A stretch of DNA of 64,000 nucleotides from Thermoanaerobaculia bacterium (GTDB lineage: Bacteria > Acidobacteriota > Thermoanaerobaculia > Multivoradales > UBA5704). The stretch is from assembly GCA_035536455.1 (NCBI GenBank), contig DATLOC010000010.1, positions 65,544-129,543 of the forward strand. The letters are read 5' to 3'. The first letter of the stretch is position 1. Every line of letters starts with the position of its first letter. This document shows positions 1 through 10,988 of the stretch, one piece after another. The position numbers were made by a program, and so were the translations under genes. Under the pieces are notes generated by a model. It saw only the letters and a list, made by a program, of their open reading frames with translations. It was not told where the DNA came from and did not search any database.

Positions 1-2
1 TC

Positions 3-386
3 CGGCGCTCGGTCGAGCGCATCGCGGCGATGTCGAAAAAGTACGGCGACCGCGCGGATTTCCTCACCGTCTACATCAAGGAGGCGCACCCCGAAGACGA
101 GTGGCAGGTGGAGAGCAACGAGACCGAAGGCGTCTGTTACCCGCAGCCCAAGACGACGCGGCAGCGCCTGGCCATCGCCAACGACTTCGTGCGCCGCTTC
201 GACTACCCCATCCCGCTCCTCGTCGACCCGATCGAGAACCCCGCCAACGCCGCTTACGCCGGCTGGCCGGAGCGCTTCTACGTCATCGACGAGAACCGCA
301 AGATCGTCTACAAGGGCGAGCCCGGCCCCTACGGCTTCCACCCCGAAGAGGTCGAGAAGTGGCTGGAGCAGCGGTTCGCATCGTAA
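3..386 (+). CDS. Thioredoxin-fold, iodothyronine-deiodinase-like protein. C-terminal part only; the 5' end lies upstream of the window.
   Basis: The reading frame is open from the window edge (RRSVERIAAMSKKYGDRADFLTVYIKEAHP...). The FLTVYIKEAHP / FYVIDENRKIVYKG motifs resemble the deiodinase/thioredoxin-like fold. Stop at 384-386. Confidence 0.5.
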   Translation, partial: RRSVERIAAMSKKYGDRADFLTVYIKEAHPEDEWQVESNETEGVCYPQPKTTRQRLAIANDFVRRFDYPIPLLVDPIENPANAAYAGWPERFYVIDENRKIVYKGEPGPYGFHPEEVEKWLEQRFAS

Positions 387-392
387 CCCTTA

Positions 393-1595
393 ATGAGTTC
401 TTCACCAAGCTGGACGCCAGAAGATAGCCTTTCCGGACTCGAAGCGGCTCTACGCCCCAAGCCGCCCCGCCACCAACTTGTATTTTACGGTAGCGATCCG
501 TGGAAGCTGACGGAGACACTCTTCCTGCACTTCGAGAACACCAAGAACCTTCAGTCAATCCTCGCCACCAACGTAGGCTTCACGCCAAACGAGACACAGG
601 CGACTCACATCTCTGTTTGTCTGAGGCAAGGGAGAGAACTCTTTCGCCTTGCGCGAGAGAGTGAGCTTCTAGCTCGGCCACTACTGATCTACTATGGTAT
701 GCACAGCTTCGCGAAAGCCGTGGCTCTCTCCTTTGGCAATCCGAAGACCCATGAAGACTTTCCGGAGGCTCACGGCCTCAAAGACACGCTTCAGATTCAT
801 GCATCCGAACTGGATAGATCTACAGTCAAGATTCTCAATGATGGCGTCTTCCAGCGTTTTGTGTCTGCTCTGCGAGAGACTACCGGCTTCCAATTCCCCG
901 CACCAGTTGCTTCCTTTACATGGGCGCAGGTTCCCTCCACAGAGCCCAGCCGTTTGGCGAACCTCGAGATCTCTCTCAAGGACCTCTTCGCCCGCGTTCC
1001 TGGCCTTGGAGATTTCCTCGGGTTGACGCTCGGGGGCGAGCAAATGATCGCCCGGGCCGAGAGTCGCTTCGACCGCCTAACATCCGCCCCCGCCAAGTTC
1101 CATTTGTTGCTCTACGTTCGAGGCCCTCGAGTGACGGCAGATTGGGCAAGGACACTCCAGCCCGCTCTTCGTCAGTGGGGAGTTCTCCGTGAACAGCCAG
1201 GCGAAGTGATATTTGATAACACACCGCCCGATTGGACATATTCACAAATAGAGGAAGAAACTGCGCGGGTCGTTCGCCCAGTTGGTTCTCTTCTCTTCCC
1301 TATGGAAATGACACTTGGTGATGAAGCCTTGATAGTCGGTACTTTGGGCGGTCATACGTTGCCGAGCATGGCGATCGAGTATTTAGCAGCCTTTGCTTTG
1401 GGCAGCATTGCCCGATACCGGCCGGATCTTTGGGCCGACTTCGTCTCCCTCCGCTCAGCGAAGGGGCACTCCGGCTACCGTGCGCTTGTCGAACGGTTCC
1501 TCGACCTAATAATCGAGCGCTTCCCACTCAAAGTGCTCACAACGATGACAGAAACCCGTATCGTCCTCAGAAATCCGGGCGTGATCTCGGGATGA
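393..1595 (+). CDS. Hypothetical protein, 400 aa, in a lower-GC segment. Possibly horizontally acquired.
   Basis: Long ORF with protein-like composition. GC is visibly lower than flanking DNA. No recognisable family motif (contains LLIYYGMHSFAKAVAL). No obvious SD sequence. Confidence 0.5.
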   Translation: MSSSPSWTPEDSLSGLEAALRPKPPRHQLVFYGSDPWKLTETLFLHFENTKNLQSILATNVGFTPNETQATHISVCLRQGRELFRLARESELLARPLLIYYGMHSFAKAVALSFGNPKTHEDFPEAHGLKDTLQIHASELDRSTVKILNDGVFQRFVSALRETTGFQFPAPVASFTWAQVPSTEPSRLANLEISLKDLFARVPGLGDFLGLTLGGEQMIARAESRFDRLTSAPAKFHLLLYVRGPRVTADWARTLQPALRQWGVLREQPGEVIFDNTPPDWTYSQIEEETARVVRPVGSLLFPMEMTLGDEALIVGTLGGHTLPSMAIEYLAAFALGSIARYRPDLWADFVSLRSAKGHSGYRALVERFLDLIIERFPLKVLTTMTETRIVLRNPGVISG

Positions 1596-1616
1596 GTCGC
1601 AAGTAAAGCTCGTGCG

Positions 1617-1889
1617 CTAGTAGTGATACCGGCACTGCAGGAAGTCGATGCGGTCGTCGGTGACGACGTAGACCAGCCGGTGTTCTTCGGTCAGCCGCCG
1701 CGACCAGACGCCGCTTCCGAGGTGACGTAGCGGCTCGGGCTTGCCGATACCCTGGAAGGGATCGCGCAGGATGGCTTCGACGAGGTCGAGGACCCGCAGG
1801 GCGACCTTGCGGTCGGCGCGCACCCAGTACCGCAGGTCCTCCCGGAACTCGGGTTGGAAGACGGCGTGGCGCTCGCGCCGCCGCGTCAC
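1617..1889 (-). CDS. yoeB: YoeB/Txe-family type II toxin (mRNA interferase)
   Basis: 90 aa. C-terminal ...WSRRLTEEHRLVYVVTDDRIDFLQCRYHY is the YoeB signature. GTG start 6 bp downstream of the antitoxin stop. Confidence 0.85.
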   Translation of the reverse strand: MTRRRERHAVFQPEFREDLRYWVRADRKVALRVLDLVEAILRDPFQGIGKPEPLRHLGSGVWSRRLTEEHRLVYVVTDDRIDFLQCRYHY

Positions 1890-1895
1890 GCGCGG

Positions 1896-2180
1896 CTAGG
1901 CCTCGTCCAGGCCCAGATCGCGACGGAGGTCGGCCACCGTCTGCGGCTCTCCCTCCCCCGCTCGCGCCCTGGCCAGCGCCGCGAGCAGGCGCTCCGCGTT
2001 CTTGGGCGAGCGTAGGAGGTGCGCCGTTTCGGTCAGGCTCGCCAGCTCGTCGGCGGAGATGAGGGCGACGGCGTCGGCGCCCCGCCGCCGGATGATCACG
2101 GTCTCGCGGTCCTGTGTCACGCGGTCGAGCAGCCGAGCGAGGGCGGCGCGGGCCTGGGTGTAGGTCGTCTCGATCGCCAT
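1896..2180 (-). CDS. yefM: YefM/Phd-family antitoxin
   Basis: [65 protein letters not shown] is the Phd/YefM fold. A GGAGGAGCC SD sits upstream of the ATG at 2180. The ORF-track extension to 2459 is upstream read-through. Confidence 0.85.
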   Translation of the reverse strand: MAIETTYTQARAALARLLDRVTQDRETVIIRRRGADAVALISADELASLTETAHLLRSPKNAERLLAALARARAGEGEPQTVADLRRDLGLDEA

Positions 2181-2274
2181 CTCGGCTCCTCCTTGTACAG
2201 GAAGACTGTACGGAACGGGGAAGCGACGGTCAAGGAGTGCTGTCCTCGCCACTCCGTTTTCCGTCATTCTCTGC

Positions 2275-4146
2275 ATGATGACCACCGCCCCCTCCCCCAC
2301 TCTCGCCGACGCCCGGGCCACGCTCAGGCGGGTCTTCGGCTTCGACGCCTTCCGCGGCGCGCAGGAGGCGGTGGTGGGTTCCCTCCTCGCCAGCGAGGAC
2401 GCGTTCGTCGTCTGGCCGACGGGGGGCGGGAAGTCGCTCTGCTTCCAACTCCCCGCCATCCTGCGGCCGGGGACCGGGGTGGTCGTCTCGCCGCTCGTGG
2501 CGCTGATGCAGGACCAGGTGGCGGCGCTGCGGCAGCTCGGCGTGGCGGCGGCGGCGGCGCACTCGGGGCTGCCGCCGGGCGAGCTCGCCGCCGTCGAGCG
2601 CCGCTTCGCCGCGGGCGAGCTCGACCTCCTCTACGTCGCCCCCGAGCGACTTCTCACCGACCGCTTCCTCACCCTCCTCGACCAGACGCCGCTCGCCCTC
2701 CTCGCGATCGACGAGGCGCACTGCGTCTCGCAGTGGGGGCACGACTTCCGGCCGGAGTACCTGGGTCTCGGCGTCCTCGGCCGCCGCTTCCCGGGCGTGC
2801 CGCGGCTCGCCCTCACCGCCACCGCCGACCCGACGACGCGCCGCGAGATCGTCGAGCGGCTGGACCTGCCGCGGGCGCGGCTCTTCCTCGCCAGCTTCGA
2901 CCGCCCCAACGTGCGCTACCGCGTCGTCGACAAGCGCGAGGATCCGGCGCGCCAGCTCCTCACCTTCCTGCGCGAGGAGCACGCCGGCGACTGCGGCATC
3001 GTCTACCGCCTGTCGCGCGCCAAGGTCGAGGCGACGGCGGCGTTCCTCGCCGAGCAGGGCGTGGCCGCGCTTCCCTACCACGCCGGCCTGAGTCCCGCCG
3101 AGCGCGCGGCGACGCTCGGCCGCTTCCGCGCCGGCGAGGGGCTGGTGGTCGTCGCCACCGTCGCCTTCGGCCTCGGCATCGACCGCCCCGACGTCCGCTT
3201 CGTCGCCCACCTCGACGTGCCGAGCAGCCTCGAGGCCTACCACCAGGAGACCGGGCGCGCCGGCCGCGACGGCGAGCCGGCCGACGCCTGGATGACCTAC
3301 GGCCTCGGCGACGTGCTGGCGATGCGCCGGCGGATCGACGCCGGCGAGGCCGAGGAGACGCGCAAGCAGGTCGAGCGGCGCAAGCTCGACTCGCTCCTCG
3401 GCTACTGCGAGACGACGGAGTGCCGGCGGCGCGCTCTCCTGCGCTACTTCGGCGAGGAGCCGCCCGGACCGTGCGGCAACTGCGACACCTGCCTCGAGCC
3501 GATCGCCACCTGGGACGCCACGGTGCCGGCGCAGAAGGCGCTCTCGGCGGTCTACCGCACCGGCCAGCGCTTCGGGATGATGCACGTCATCGACGTGCTG
3601 CGCGGCGAGCGCACCGAGAAGGTGCTGCGCCACGGCCACGAGCGCCTCCCCACCTTCGGCGTCGGCGCCGACCTCGAGCCCAAGGCCTGGCGGACGCTGC
3701 TGCGCCAGCTCCTGGTGCGCGGCCTGCTCGCGGCCGAGGTCGAGGGCCTGCAGACCCTGCGTCTCGAGCCCGACGCCTGGCCGGTGCTGCGCGGCGAGAA
3801 GAGCCTCCTGCTGCGCGAGGAGCGGAAGCCGTCGGCGCGCAGCCGCCGGCGCGGCGAGCGGAGCGCCGCCGGCGCGGCGCCGGGCCTTTTCGCGGCCGCG
3901 CCCCTCGATCCCGCCGCCGAGCGGCTGTTCGAGGCGCTGCGCGCCCTGCGCCGCGACCTCGCGCTGGCGCAGGGCGTGCCTGCCTACGTCGTCTTCCACG
4001 ACGCCACCCTCCGCGCTGTCGCCGCGCGCGCGCCGCGGACCCTCGCCGAGCTCGGCCAGGTCTCCGGCATCGGCGAGGCGAAGCTCGCCCGCTACGGCGA
4101 GGCGGTGCTTTCGAAAGTGCGCGAGGTGCTCGTCGGGCCCGATTGA
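2275..4146 (+). CDS. recQ: ATP-dependent DNA helicase RecQ
   Basis: [14 protein letters not shown]..., Walker [18 protein letters not shown] box [18 protein letters not shown], helicase C region, zinc-binding CxxC, and a C-terminal HRDC-like region. 623 aa. Confidence 0.95.
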   Translation: MMTTAPSPTLADARATLRRVFGFDAFRGAQEAVVGSLLASEDAFVVWPTGGGKSLCFQLPAILRPGTGVVVSPLVALMQDQVAALRQLGVAAAAAHSGLPPGELAAVERRFAAGELDLLYVAPERLLTDRFLTLLDQTPLALLAIDEAHCVSQWGHDFRPEYLGLGVLGRRFPGVPRLALTATADPTTRREIVERLDLPRARLFLASFDRPNVRYRVVDKREDPARQLLTFLREEHAGDCGIVYRLSRAKVEATAAFLAEQGVAALPYHAGLSPAERAATLGRFRAGEGLVVVATVAFGLGIDRPDVRFVAHLDVPSSLEAYHQETGRAGRDGEPADAWMTYGLGDVLAMRRRIDAGEAEETRKQVERRKLDSLLGYCETTECRRRALLRYFGEEPPGPCGNCDTCLEPIATWDATVPAQKALSAVYRTGQRFGMMHVIDVLRGERTEKVLRHGHERLPTFGVGADLEPKAWRTLLRQLLVRGLLAAEVEGLQTLRLEPDAWPVLRGEKSLLLREERKPSARSRRRGERSAAGAAPGLFAAAPLDPAAERLFEALRALRRDLALAQGVPAYVVFHDATLRAVAARAPRTLAELGQVSGIGEAKLARYGEAVLSKVREVLVGPD

Positions 4147-4205
4147 ATTCCCCCGGCGGCCTCGCTAGTCTCCAGCATCGCTCCAACGAGACAGACCACC
4201 GGCTG

Positions 4206-7205
4206 ATGCCGGAGCCCCAGCCGCCGCTCGCCGGCGCCACTCTCGCCCACTATCGCCTCGCGAACCGGCTCGGCGCCGGCGGCATGGGCGAGGTCTATGC
4301 CGCCGAGGACACCAAGCTCGGGCGCCGCATCGCACTGAAGATCCTGCAGCCCGACTTCGCCGGCGACCCGCTGCGGCTCGAGCGGTTCCGCCGCGAGGCC
4401 CGGGCCGTGGCCGCCCTCAACCACCCCAACATCATTACGATCCATTCGGTCGAGGAGGACCGCGGGATCCACTTTCTCACCATGGAGTTGGTGGAAGGGG
4501 AGACGCTGCGGCAGCGGCTGCGCCGGGGCGGTCTGTCGCTCGCCGAGCTCTTGGAGCTGGCGGTGCCGCTCGCCGACGCGGTCGGGGCGGCGCACGAGCG
4601 CGGCATCACCCATCGCGATCTCAAGCCGGAGAACGTGATGGTGACCCGGGACGGCCGGGTCAAGGTGCTCGACTTCGGCCTCGCCCAGCTGCGCGAGCGC
4701 GCGGTCGCGGTCGACAGCCAGGCCGTGACCTACCTCACCGAGGCGGGAACGGTGATGGGGACCGCCGCCTACCTCTCACCCGAGCAGGCGATGGGGCGGG
4801 AGGTGGACGCCCGCTCCGACATCTTTTCGCTCGGCATCGTGCTCTTCGAGATGGCGTCCGGCAGGCACCCGTTCGCCGGGGCTTCCGCGGCGGAGATCAT
4901 CTCGGCGATCCTGCGGGACAAGCCGGCGCCGGTGACCGAGCGCAACGCCGCGCTCCCCGACCACCTCGGCCGGATCGTCGGCCGCTGCCTCGAGAAGAAT
5001 CCCGAGCACCGCTATCAGAGCGCCAAGGATCTTCGCAACGATCTGCGGGATCTGGGACGCGAGCTGGACGCGACGGAGCGCCTCGGCAACCGAGCTGCGG
5101 CGGCCGCGCCGGTGCGACGCCCCCGCTGGCTGCTGCCCGTCCTGCCGGCGCTTTTGGCCCTTGTGCTAGGCACGGGTTGGTGGCTGTTGAGCCATCGTCC
5201 GGAGAGCGCCCGCACGCCGCCCGCCGGGCCGGCGGACGCGCCGGACCGCGCCGCCATCGCGGTGCTCCACTTCCAGAACCTCACCGGGGACCCGAAGCTC
5301 GACTGGCTCCGCACGGGTCTCACCGAGATGCTGGTCACCGACCTCTCGCAATCCCCCGGCCTGGAGGTCCTGAGCACCGGGCGCCTCTATCAGATCCTCA
5401 AGAAGCACGACGCCCTCGATCGGGCGCCGCTGTCCTTCGAGGCCATGCGGGCGGTGGCCGAGGAGGCCGCCGTGCAGGCGATGGTGAGGGGCAGCTTCGC
5501 CCGGGTCGGCGAGCGCTATCGCCTTGCGGTCACGGTCGAGGAGCCGACGGACGGCAGGATCGTCGCCTCCGAGCGCGTCGAAGGACGCGGCCCTGAGACC
5601 CTTTTCACCCTGGTGGACCAGCTCTCGGCGGCGATCCGACGCACCTTCGAGATCCGCGCCCGGCCCGAGCTGCCGGAGACGGTGGCGGCGGTGACCACCT
5701 CCTCGGTCGAGGCTTGGCGCAACTACTCGGAGGCGAACCGGCTGGCCTTCGAGTCGAAACCGAGGGAGGCGATCGGCCTGCTCGAGCAGGCAGTCGCGAT
5801 CGACCCGACCTTCGCTCTCGCCTACGCCAGCCTGGGGCGCCTGTACGAGAACCTCGGTAACACTCCTACCGCCCGGCACCACACGCGGCGCGCCATCGCA
5901 CATGCCGAGCGGCTCCCGCTCGATCAGCGCAGCGAGATCGAGGGCTTCTACTACGCCGGCCGCTGGGCGACCAAGGACCGCGCCATCGCCGCCTTCCGGC
6001 AGGCCCTGAGGCTCTACCCCAAGCGCGAGTCGCTGCGCAACAACCTGGCCAATCTCTACGCCGAGCGGGAGCTGTACCAGCGCGCCCTCGACGAGTATCG
6101 GCAGCTCATCGAGCAGCGCACGAGCTACCCCGGCACCTACACCGCCGCGGCCAACGCCTATGCCGCGCTCGACCGGTTCGATGAAGGGTACCGGCTGCTG
6201 TCGGGGTTCGCCGGCCGCGCCCCCGACAACTGGTTCGTCCAGCTCGGGCTGGGCTGGCACCTGACCGAGTGGGGCAAGCTCGACCGGGCGGCGGCGGCAT
6301 TCGATCGGGCCGCGGAGCTGCGACCGGGCGAGCTGTTCGTCGCCTACGGCCGCTGGCGGCTGGCCGTCCTGCGCGAGGACTGGCCGGCGGCGGCCCGCCA
6401 CGCGTCGGTGATGGCAGCCGCCGACGACCCGTTCGGCCGCTGGCGGGGAGCGGCGTCGGAGGCGCGCAATCTCTTGTACCAGGGTCGATCCGACGCGGCA
6501 CTCGCGCGGCTGGACGGCGTCGTCGCAGCCTACGGGAAACCGGACGCCTTGAGCGCGCTCGGGCGCTGCTGGAAGGCGGAGCTGCTGCTGCAGAGGGGCG
6601 AGCCCGAGCAGGCGCTGGCGGAGGCGGAGCTGGCTCGGCGGGAGGGCCGCGACGAATGGCCGGAGCTGCGGGGGATCTTCTTCGCCGCCCAGGCCCAGCA
6701 GGCCCTCAGCCGGCCGGTCGAGGCGCGCAGCCTGCAGCAGCTGCTGGCGGAGCGGAACGCCGCCAACCCGAACCCTGTCGAGGAGCGCCAGCTCCACCTC
6801 CTCGCCGGCCTCCTCGCGCTGGCGCGCGGCGAGGCGGCGACCGCCGTTGAGGCCCTCAACCGGGCCGCTGCCCTCCTGCCGCCCAAAGGCGTCGAGGTGC
6901 ACTGGCACGTCTACCCCGACCACGTCCCGATCTGGACCGCGCTGGGCGAGGCCGAGCGCGCCGCCGGGCGGCCCGAGCGGGCGCTCGCGTGGTTCCAGCG
7001 GGCGGCCGCCAGCGGGTCGGAGCACCTCGAGCAGCCCGTGCCTTACGTGCGCAGCTTCTACTTCCTCGGCCGCATCCGCGAGCAACGGGGCGAGACCGAG
7101 GAGGCTCGGCGCAGCTTCGCGCGCTTCCGCGCCTTCTGGGCTGCCGGCGACCTCGACCGCGACCGGATGGCAGCGCTGCCGGCGGCTGTGCGCCCCTCTC
7201 CCTAG
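4206..7205 (+). CDS. Ser/Thr protein kinase with one TM segment and a C-terminal TPR/tetratricopeptide domain (receptor-like STK)
   Basis: Hanks kinase motifs ([29 protein letters not shown]). Hydrophobic segment [21 protein letters not shown], then about 650 aa of TPR-like helical repeats. The start is taken at the ATG at 4206, inside the long artefactual ORF 2019..7205. Confidence 0.85.
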   Translation: MPEPQPPLAGATLAHYRLANRLGAGGMGEVYAAEDTKLGRRIALKILQPDFAGDPLRLERFRREARAVAALNHPNIITIHSVEEDRGIHFLTMELVEGETLRQRLRRGGLSLAELLELAVPLADAVGAAHERGITHRDLKPENVMVTRDGRVKVLDFGLAQLRERAVAVDSQAVTYLTEAGTVMGTAAYLSPEQAMGREVDARSDIFSLGIVLFEMASGRHPFAGASAAEIISAILRDKPAPVTERNAALPDHLGRIVGRCLEKNPEHRYQSAKDLRNDLRDLGRELDATERLGNRAAAAAPVRRPRWLLPVLPALLALVLGTGWWLLSHRPESARTPPAGPADAPDRAAIAVLHFQNLTGDPKLDWLRTGLTEMLVTDLSQSPGLEVLSTGRLYQILKKHDALDRAPLSFEAMRAVAEEAAVQAMVRGSFARVGERYRLAVTVEEPTDGRIVASERVEGRGPETLFTLVDQLSAAIRRTFEIRARPELPETVAAVTTSSVEAWRNYSEANRLAFESKPREAIGLLEQAVAIDPTFALAYASLGRLYENLGNTPTARHHTRRAIAHAERLPLDQRSEIEGFYYAGRWATKDRAIAAFRQALRLYPKRESLRNNLANLYAERELYQRALDEYRQLIEQRTSYPGTYTAAANAYAALDRFDEGYRLLSGFAGRAPDNWFVQLGLGWHLTEWGKLDRAAAAFDRAAELRPGELFVAYGRWRLAVLREDWPAAARHASVMAAADDPFGRWRGAASEARNLLYQGRSDAALARLDGVVAAYGKPDALSALGRCWKAELLLQRGEPEQALAEAELARREGRDEWPELRGIFFAAQAQQALSRPVEARSLQQLLAERNAANPNPVEERQLHLLAGLLALARGEAATAVEALNRAAALLPPKGVEVHWHVYPDHVPIWTALGEAERAAGRPERALAWFQRAAASGSEHLEQPVPYVRSFYFLGRIREQRGETEEARRSFARFRAFWAAGDLDRDRMAALPAAVRPSP

Positions 7206-7423
7206 CCGCCCGGCGGCTGCACGTCCGGAATCGGTCGCTCCGTGCCCTCACCGAGCAGGTCGACGATCGCCCGGAAGTTACCCGCGCGCACGGCGCTCTT
7301 CTCGTCCTCGGAGAGGCCGGCCGCGGACGTGGCGGCTTCCGGGTCGGCCTTGTAGGCCTTCAGCACCGCCGGGTTCGTTGCGAGATCGGCGATGAATCGG
7401 CCGAGGCGGTTTTGGTCGCTCAT
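7202..7423 (-). CDS. Small hypothetical protein (73 aa)
   Basis: Good GC3 codon bias and a strong SD (GAGGAGGGAGC) just upstream of the ATG at 7423. Convergent with the kinase gene, 4-bp overlap. Confidence 0.55.
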   Translation of the reverse strand: MSDQNRLGRFIADLATNPAVLKAYKADPEAATSAAGLSEDEKSAVRAGNFRAIVDLLGEGTERPIPDVQPPGG

Positions 7424-7633
7424 GCTCCCTCCTCGGGGCCGAAGGCCCCGTTCACCCGATGGAACGCCGTGTTCAGTCGATGGCGGCCAAGCTATGCCGC
7501 CTTCCGCGTCGTGTCAATGCGAGTAGCGGAGCGGGCCTAGCCTCGGCGACGACGCTTTCGTTCTTCATTTCGCGCGGGATAGACTGGCGGCACCCCGGTT
7601 GCGAAGAGAGCGCGGTTTCTCGCGGAGGTCAGG

Positions 7634-9580
7634 ATGTCCCCACCGGAGCGGACGATGAGCTCCGTAGGCCGCTCGCTCGTCGTCTTTTTCGCCTTCGCCA
7701 ACGACCGCGACGACCGCGCGCGCTACCTGCGCAACCTGCCCGAGGAGCTGCGGCGGGTGCGCGACGCCATGGCGCCAGCGGTGGAGGCCGAGCTCTGCGA
7801 GGTGGTCGAGCGGGCCAACGCCACCATCGACGAGGTGCTGGACGTCTTCCAGGACCCGATCTACCGCGACCGCGTCGCCCTCTTCCACTTCGGCGGTCAC
7901 GCCGGCGGCGCCGAGTTGCTGCTCGAGTCGCCGGCCGGCGCGGCGACCGTGGCCCACGCGGGAGGGCTGGCGCGCTTCCTCGGCGAGCAGCGCGGTCTCG
8001 TGCTGGTGTTCTTGAACGGCTGCTCATCGCGCGGGCAGGTGCAGGGCCTCCTCGACGCCGGGGTGCCGGCGGTCACCTCGCAGGCCATCGACGATGCAGT
8101 GGCGACCGAGTTCGCCGCCCGCTTCTACCAGGCCCTCGCTGGCGGCGCCCCGCTCCGCGCCGCCTATGCCGAGGCGCAGGGCGCGGTGCAGACCCGGCGC
8201 GGCGGCTTGGCGCGCGAAACCTATCGCTCCTTCGTGCCCGAGGCGATGGCGGAAGAGCGCTGGCCGTGGGACCTCCACGTCGCCCCGGGCGCCGAGGAGC
8301 GCGTCGCGCGCTGGAGCCTGCCGCTCGCCGCCCGCGATCCTCTCTTCGGGCTGCCGCCGCCGCCGGCGCTGGACCTGCCGTCCTCGCCGTTCAAGCACCT
8401 TGCCTGGTTCACCCGCGAAGATGCCGAGGTGTTCTTCGGCCGCGGGCAGGAGATCCGCGACCTCTACGAGGCGGTTACCCTGCCCGAGGCCGCCCCCATC
8501 GTGCTCCTCTTCGGCGCCACCGGGGTGGGCAAGTCGTCGCTGCTGGCGGCGGGCCTCGCGCCGCGGCTCGAAGCGACGCACGAGGTGGTCTACACGCGCC
8601 GCGACGGCGCCGGCGGTCTCGCCGCCACGCTGGCGCGGGCGCTCGGGGCCGCGGGCGCCGGCGCTCCGGCCGACCTCGGCGCGGCGTGGCGGGCGCGGGA
8701 GACGGCGGCCGGGAAACCCCTGGTGATGATCCTCGACCAGGCCGAGGAGGCCTGGACCCGCCCGCTGGCCGACGGGCGTGAAGCCGAGGAGCTGGCGGTG
8801 GCGCTGCGCTCGATCTTCGCGGTGCGGGAGGCCCGGCCGCGCGGGCGCCTGCTGCTCGGCTTCCGCAAGGAGTGGCTGGCTGAGGTGCTGCGGCTCGTTG
8901 ACGGCGAGGCGCTGCCCCGCCTGCGCGTGGAAGTCACCCACCTGGGCTGCGATGCCATCGCGGAGGCCGTCGCCGGTCCGGCAAGCAGCGAACGCCTGCG
9001 GCGGCACTACGGCCTGGAGGTCGAGCCGGAGCTGCCGGGGATCGTCGCCGATGACTTGCTGGAAGATCCGGGCGCTGCCGTCGCCCCGGCGCTGCAGATC
9101 CTGCTGACCAAGATGTGGGCCCTGGCGGCAAAGGAGAGCCCCGGCGCGCCGCGCTTCACCGTCGAGCTCTACCAGCGGCTCAAGCGCGGCGGCATCCTGC
9201 TCGACGATTTCATCGGCGAGCAGCTCGACGGTCTGCGGCAATGGCGACGGGAGCTGGTGGACTCCGGCCTGGCCCTCGACCTGCTCGGCCACCACACCAC
9301 GGCCGTGGGCACGGCCGAGACGCGCCAGGCCGCCGAAGTGGCGGAGCGCTACGGCGGCCGTGCCGACGTGAAGGACCTGCTCGCGCAGTGCAACGACCGC
9401 TATCTCCTCTCCGCCACCGAAGGCGCCAGTCGCCTTGCCACGACACCTTGGCGCCCCTGGTGCGCCGACGCTTCGAGGCCTCGGACCTGCCCGGCCAGCG
9501 GGCCTCGCGCATCCTCGGGCAGCGCGTCGTCGAATGGGCGGGGGGCAAGGAGGGGGCGCCGCTCGACGAGCTGGACCTGA
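7634..9580 (+). CDS. CHAT-like (caspase-fold His/Cys) peptidase domain fused to a STAND-class P-loop NTPase. The reading frame degenerates after about 9438, consistent with a frameshift.
   Basis: N-terminal domain has a His...Cys dyad in CHAT/caspase order (ALFHFGGHAG ... LVFLNGCSS). Then FFGRGQEIRDL, Walker A LLFGATGVGKSS and Walker B VMILDQAEE. After SATEGASRLA the translation turns Arg/Ser-rich, and sensible sequence continues in another frame. Confidence 0.7.
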   Translation: MSPPERTMSSVGRSLVVFFAFANDRDDRARYLRNLPEELRRVRDAMAPAVEAELCEVVERANATIDEVLDVFQDPIYRDRVALFHFGGHAGGAELLLESPAGAATVAHAGGLARFLGEQRGLVLVFLNGCSSRGQVQGLLDAGVPAVTSQAIDDAVATEFAARFYQALAGGAPLRAAYAEAQGAVQTRRGGLARETYRSFVPEAMAEERWPWDLHVAPGAEERVARWSLPLAARDPLFGLPPPPALDLPSSPFKHLAWFTREDAEVFFGRGQEIRDLYEAVTLPEAAPIVLLFGATGVGKSSLLAAGLAPRLEATHEVVYTRRDGAGGLAATLARALGAAGAGAPADLGAAWRARETAAGKPLVMILDQAEEAWTRPLADGREAEELAVALRSIFAVREARPRGRLLLGFRKEWLAEVLRLVDGEALPRLRVEVTHLGCDAIAEAVAGPASSERLRRHYGLEVEPELPGIVADDLLEDPGAAVAPALQILLTKMWALAAKESPGAPRFTVELYQRLKRGGILLDDFIGEQLDGLRQWRRELVDSGLALDLLGHHTTAVGTAETRQAAEVAERYGGRADVKDLLAQCNDRYLLSATEGASRLATTPWRPWCADASRPRTCPASGPRASSGSASSNGRGARRGRRSTSWT

Positions 9581-10905
9581 CGGTCGTCGAGCAGGGGGCG
9601 GATGGCATGCGCGCCTGGACCGCCGACGAGAAGCGGCTGGTGGAAAGGAGTCGCGACCAGCGGACGCGGCGCCGGCGGCTGCGGCGCAACCTGCGGTTGG
9701 CGGCGATGTTGGCCGTCCTCGTGATCGCGACGTCCGCCGCCGCAGCCTGGTGGCAGCGGGCCAGGGCCGAGAAGGAAGCGAGGACCGCTGGGCGGGTCAC
9801 CGATTTCCTGACCGGCATGTTCCAGGAGCTCGACCCGTACCGCGTGGCGCTGGACGAGAACTCCTTGCCGCACATTCTCGAGCGCAGCCGGAAGAGGATC
9901 GAGAGGGACCTCGCGGACGAACCGGAGGCGCAGGACGAGCTAAGGGCGACGATTGGTGTGGTCTACCGCAACCTGGGCTTGGTCCGTCCGGCGAGGGAGC
10001 TCCTGCAGCAGGTCGTCGCCTTCCGCCGCCGCACTCTCGGCGAGGAGCATCCGGACACGCTTGTCGCGAAGAACGACCTGGCCAATGTGTACTCCGCGGC
10101 GGCGCGCCACAAGGAAGCCGAGGAGCTGTACCGCCAGGTCCTTGCGAGCCGCCGTCGCGTGCTGGGTGAGGAGCACACGGACACGCTCAAGGCGATGAGC
10201 AATCTGGCTAATGGGTATCGCCATCAAGCCCGCCTGAAAGAAGCGGAAGACATGAACCTGCAGGTCATCGCGCGCTTCCGCCGCGTGTCGGGCGACCGGC
10301 ATCCCGACACGCTCAAAGCGATGACCAACCTAGCCAATCTGTATGCGCTCCAGGGCCGCCTGCGAAGAGCGGAAGAGCTCCATCGCCGGGTCCTCCAGAT
10401 CCGTCGGGGTCTCCTGCGCCCGGAGCACCCGGACACGCTCGCGTCGATGACCAGCCTGGCCAATGTGGTGTCGACGCGCGGGCGCCCGCGGGAGGCCGAG
10501 GAGCTGCAACGCCGAGCCTTCGCGATCTCTCGTCGGGTCCTGGGGGAGGCGCACCCGGACACGCTCATGTACCGGGAAAACCTGGCCAATGCCTACTACG
10601 AGCAGGGTCGCCTGGACGAGGCCGAGAAGCTGTACCGCGAGGTCCTAGCGCTGCGCCGCCGCGTGCAGGGCGAGGAGCATCCGGACACGGTCGCCTCGAT
10701 GAACAACCTGGCGATCTTGGCGCGGGATCGAGACCGCCCCAAGGAAGCGGCCGACCTGCTCCGCCGTGGCCTCGAGATCCATCGCCGCGTGCTGGGGCCG
10801 GAGCACCCGTCCACTCTCACCTCCATGAGCAACCTGGTCGCTGTGCACGCGATGCAGGGTCGCCTCGCAGAAGCCGAGGCCCTGCAGCGCCGGACGGGCG
10901 CCTGA
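9115..10905 (+). CDS. Continuation of the preceding STAND gene in a second frame: helical region, one TM helix, then about 10 TPR_10/12 (kinesin-light-chain-type) repeats. Ends at a second apparent frameshift.
   Basis: Sensible translation starts near 9440 (HDTLAPLVRRRFEASDLPGQ...). TM helix LRLAAMLAVLVIATSAAAAWW. Repeats follow the pattern GEEHPDTLxxMxNLAxxYxxQGRLxEAEELYRRVL. A stop at 10903 interrupts a repeat that continues in frame -1. Confidence 0.65.
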   Translation: MGPGGKGEPRRAALHRRALPAAQARRHPARRFHRRAARRSAAMATGAGGLRPGPRPARPPHHGRGHGRDAPGRRSGGALRRPCRREGPARAVQRPLSPLRHRRRQSPCHDTLAPLVRRRFEASDLPGQRASRILGQRVVEWAGGKEGAPLDELDLTVVEQGADGMRAWTADEKRLVERSRDQRTRRRRLRRNLRLAAMLAVLVIATSAAAAWWQRARAEKEARTAGRVTDFLTGMFQELDPYRVALDENSLPHILERSRKRIERDLADEPEAQDELRATIGVVYRNLGLVRPARELLQQVVAFRRRTLGEEHPDTLVAKNDLANVYSAAARHKEAEELYRQVLASRRRVLGEEHTDTLKAMSNLANGYRHQARLKEAEDMNLQVIARFRRVSGDRHPDTLKAMTNLANLYALQGRLRRAEELHRRVLQIRRGLLRPEHPDTLASMTSLANVVSTRGRPREAEELQRRAFAISRRVLGEAHPDTLMYRENLANAYYEQGRLDEAEKLYREVLALRRRVQGEEHPDTVASMNNLAILARDRDRPKEAADLLRRGLEIHRRVLGPEHPSTLTSMSNLVAVHAMQGRLAEAEALQRRTGA

Positions 10906-10988
10906 AAGCAGCGGAGGGCCTGTACCGTCGGACCCTGGCGCGTTTTCGCCGCGGGCTGGGCGAAGAGCACCCGGAGACGATCTGGTCA

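Noticed and set aside
2230-7085. Long minus-strand ORFs (2230..3999, 5166..7085) antisense to recQ and the kinase
   Set aside because: Low-complexity Arg/Gly/Ala-rich translations with no motifs. These are high-GC antisense artefacts.
2019-7205. 1728-aa ORF spanning recQ and the kinase on the + strand
   Set aside because: Only its last 1000 codons (from the ATG at 4206) encode the kinase. The upstream part is an Arg/Pro/Gly-rich out-of-frame read-through of recQ, typical of 70% GC DNA.
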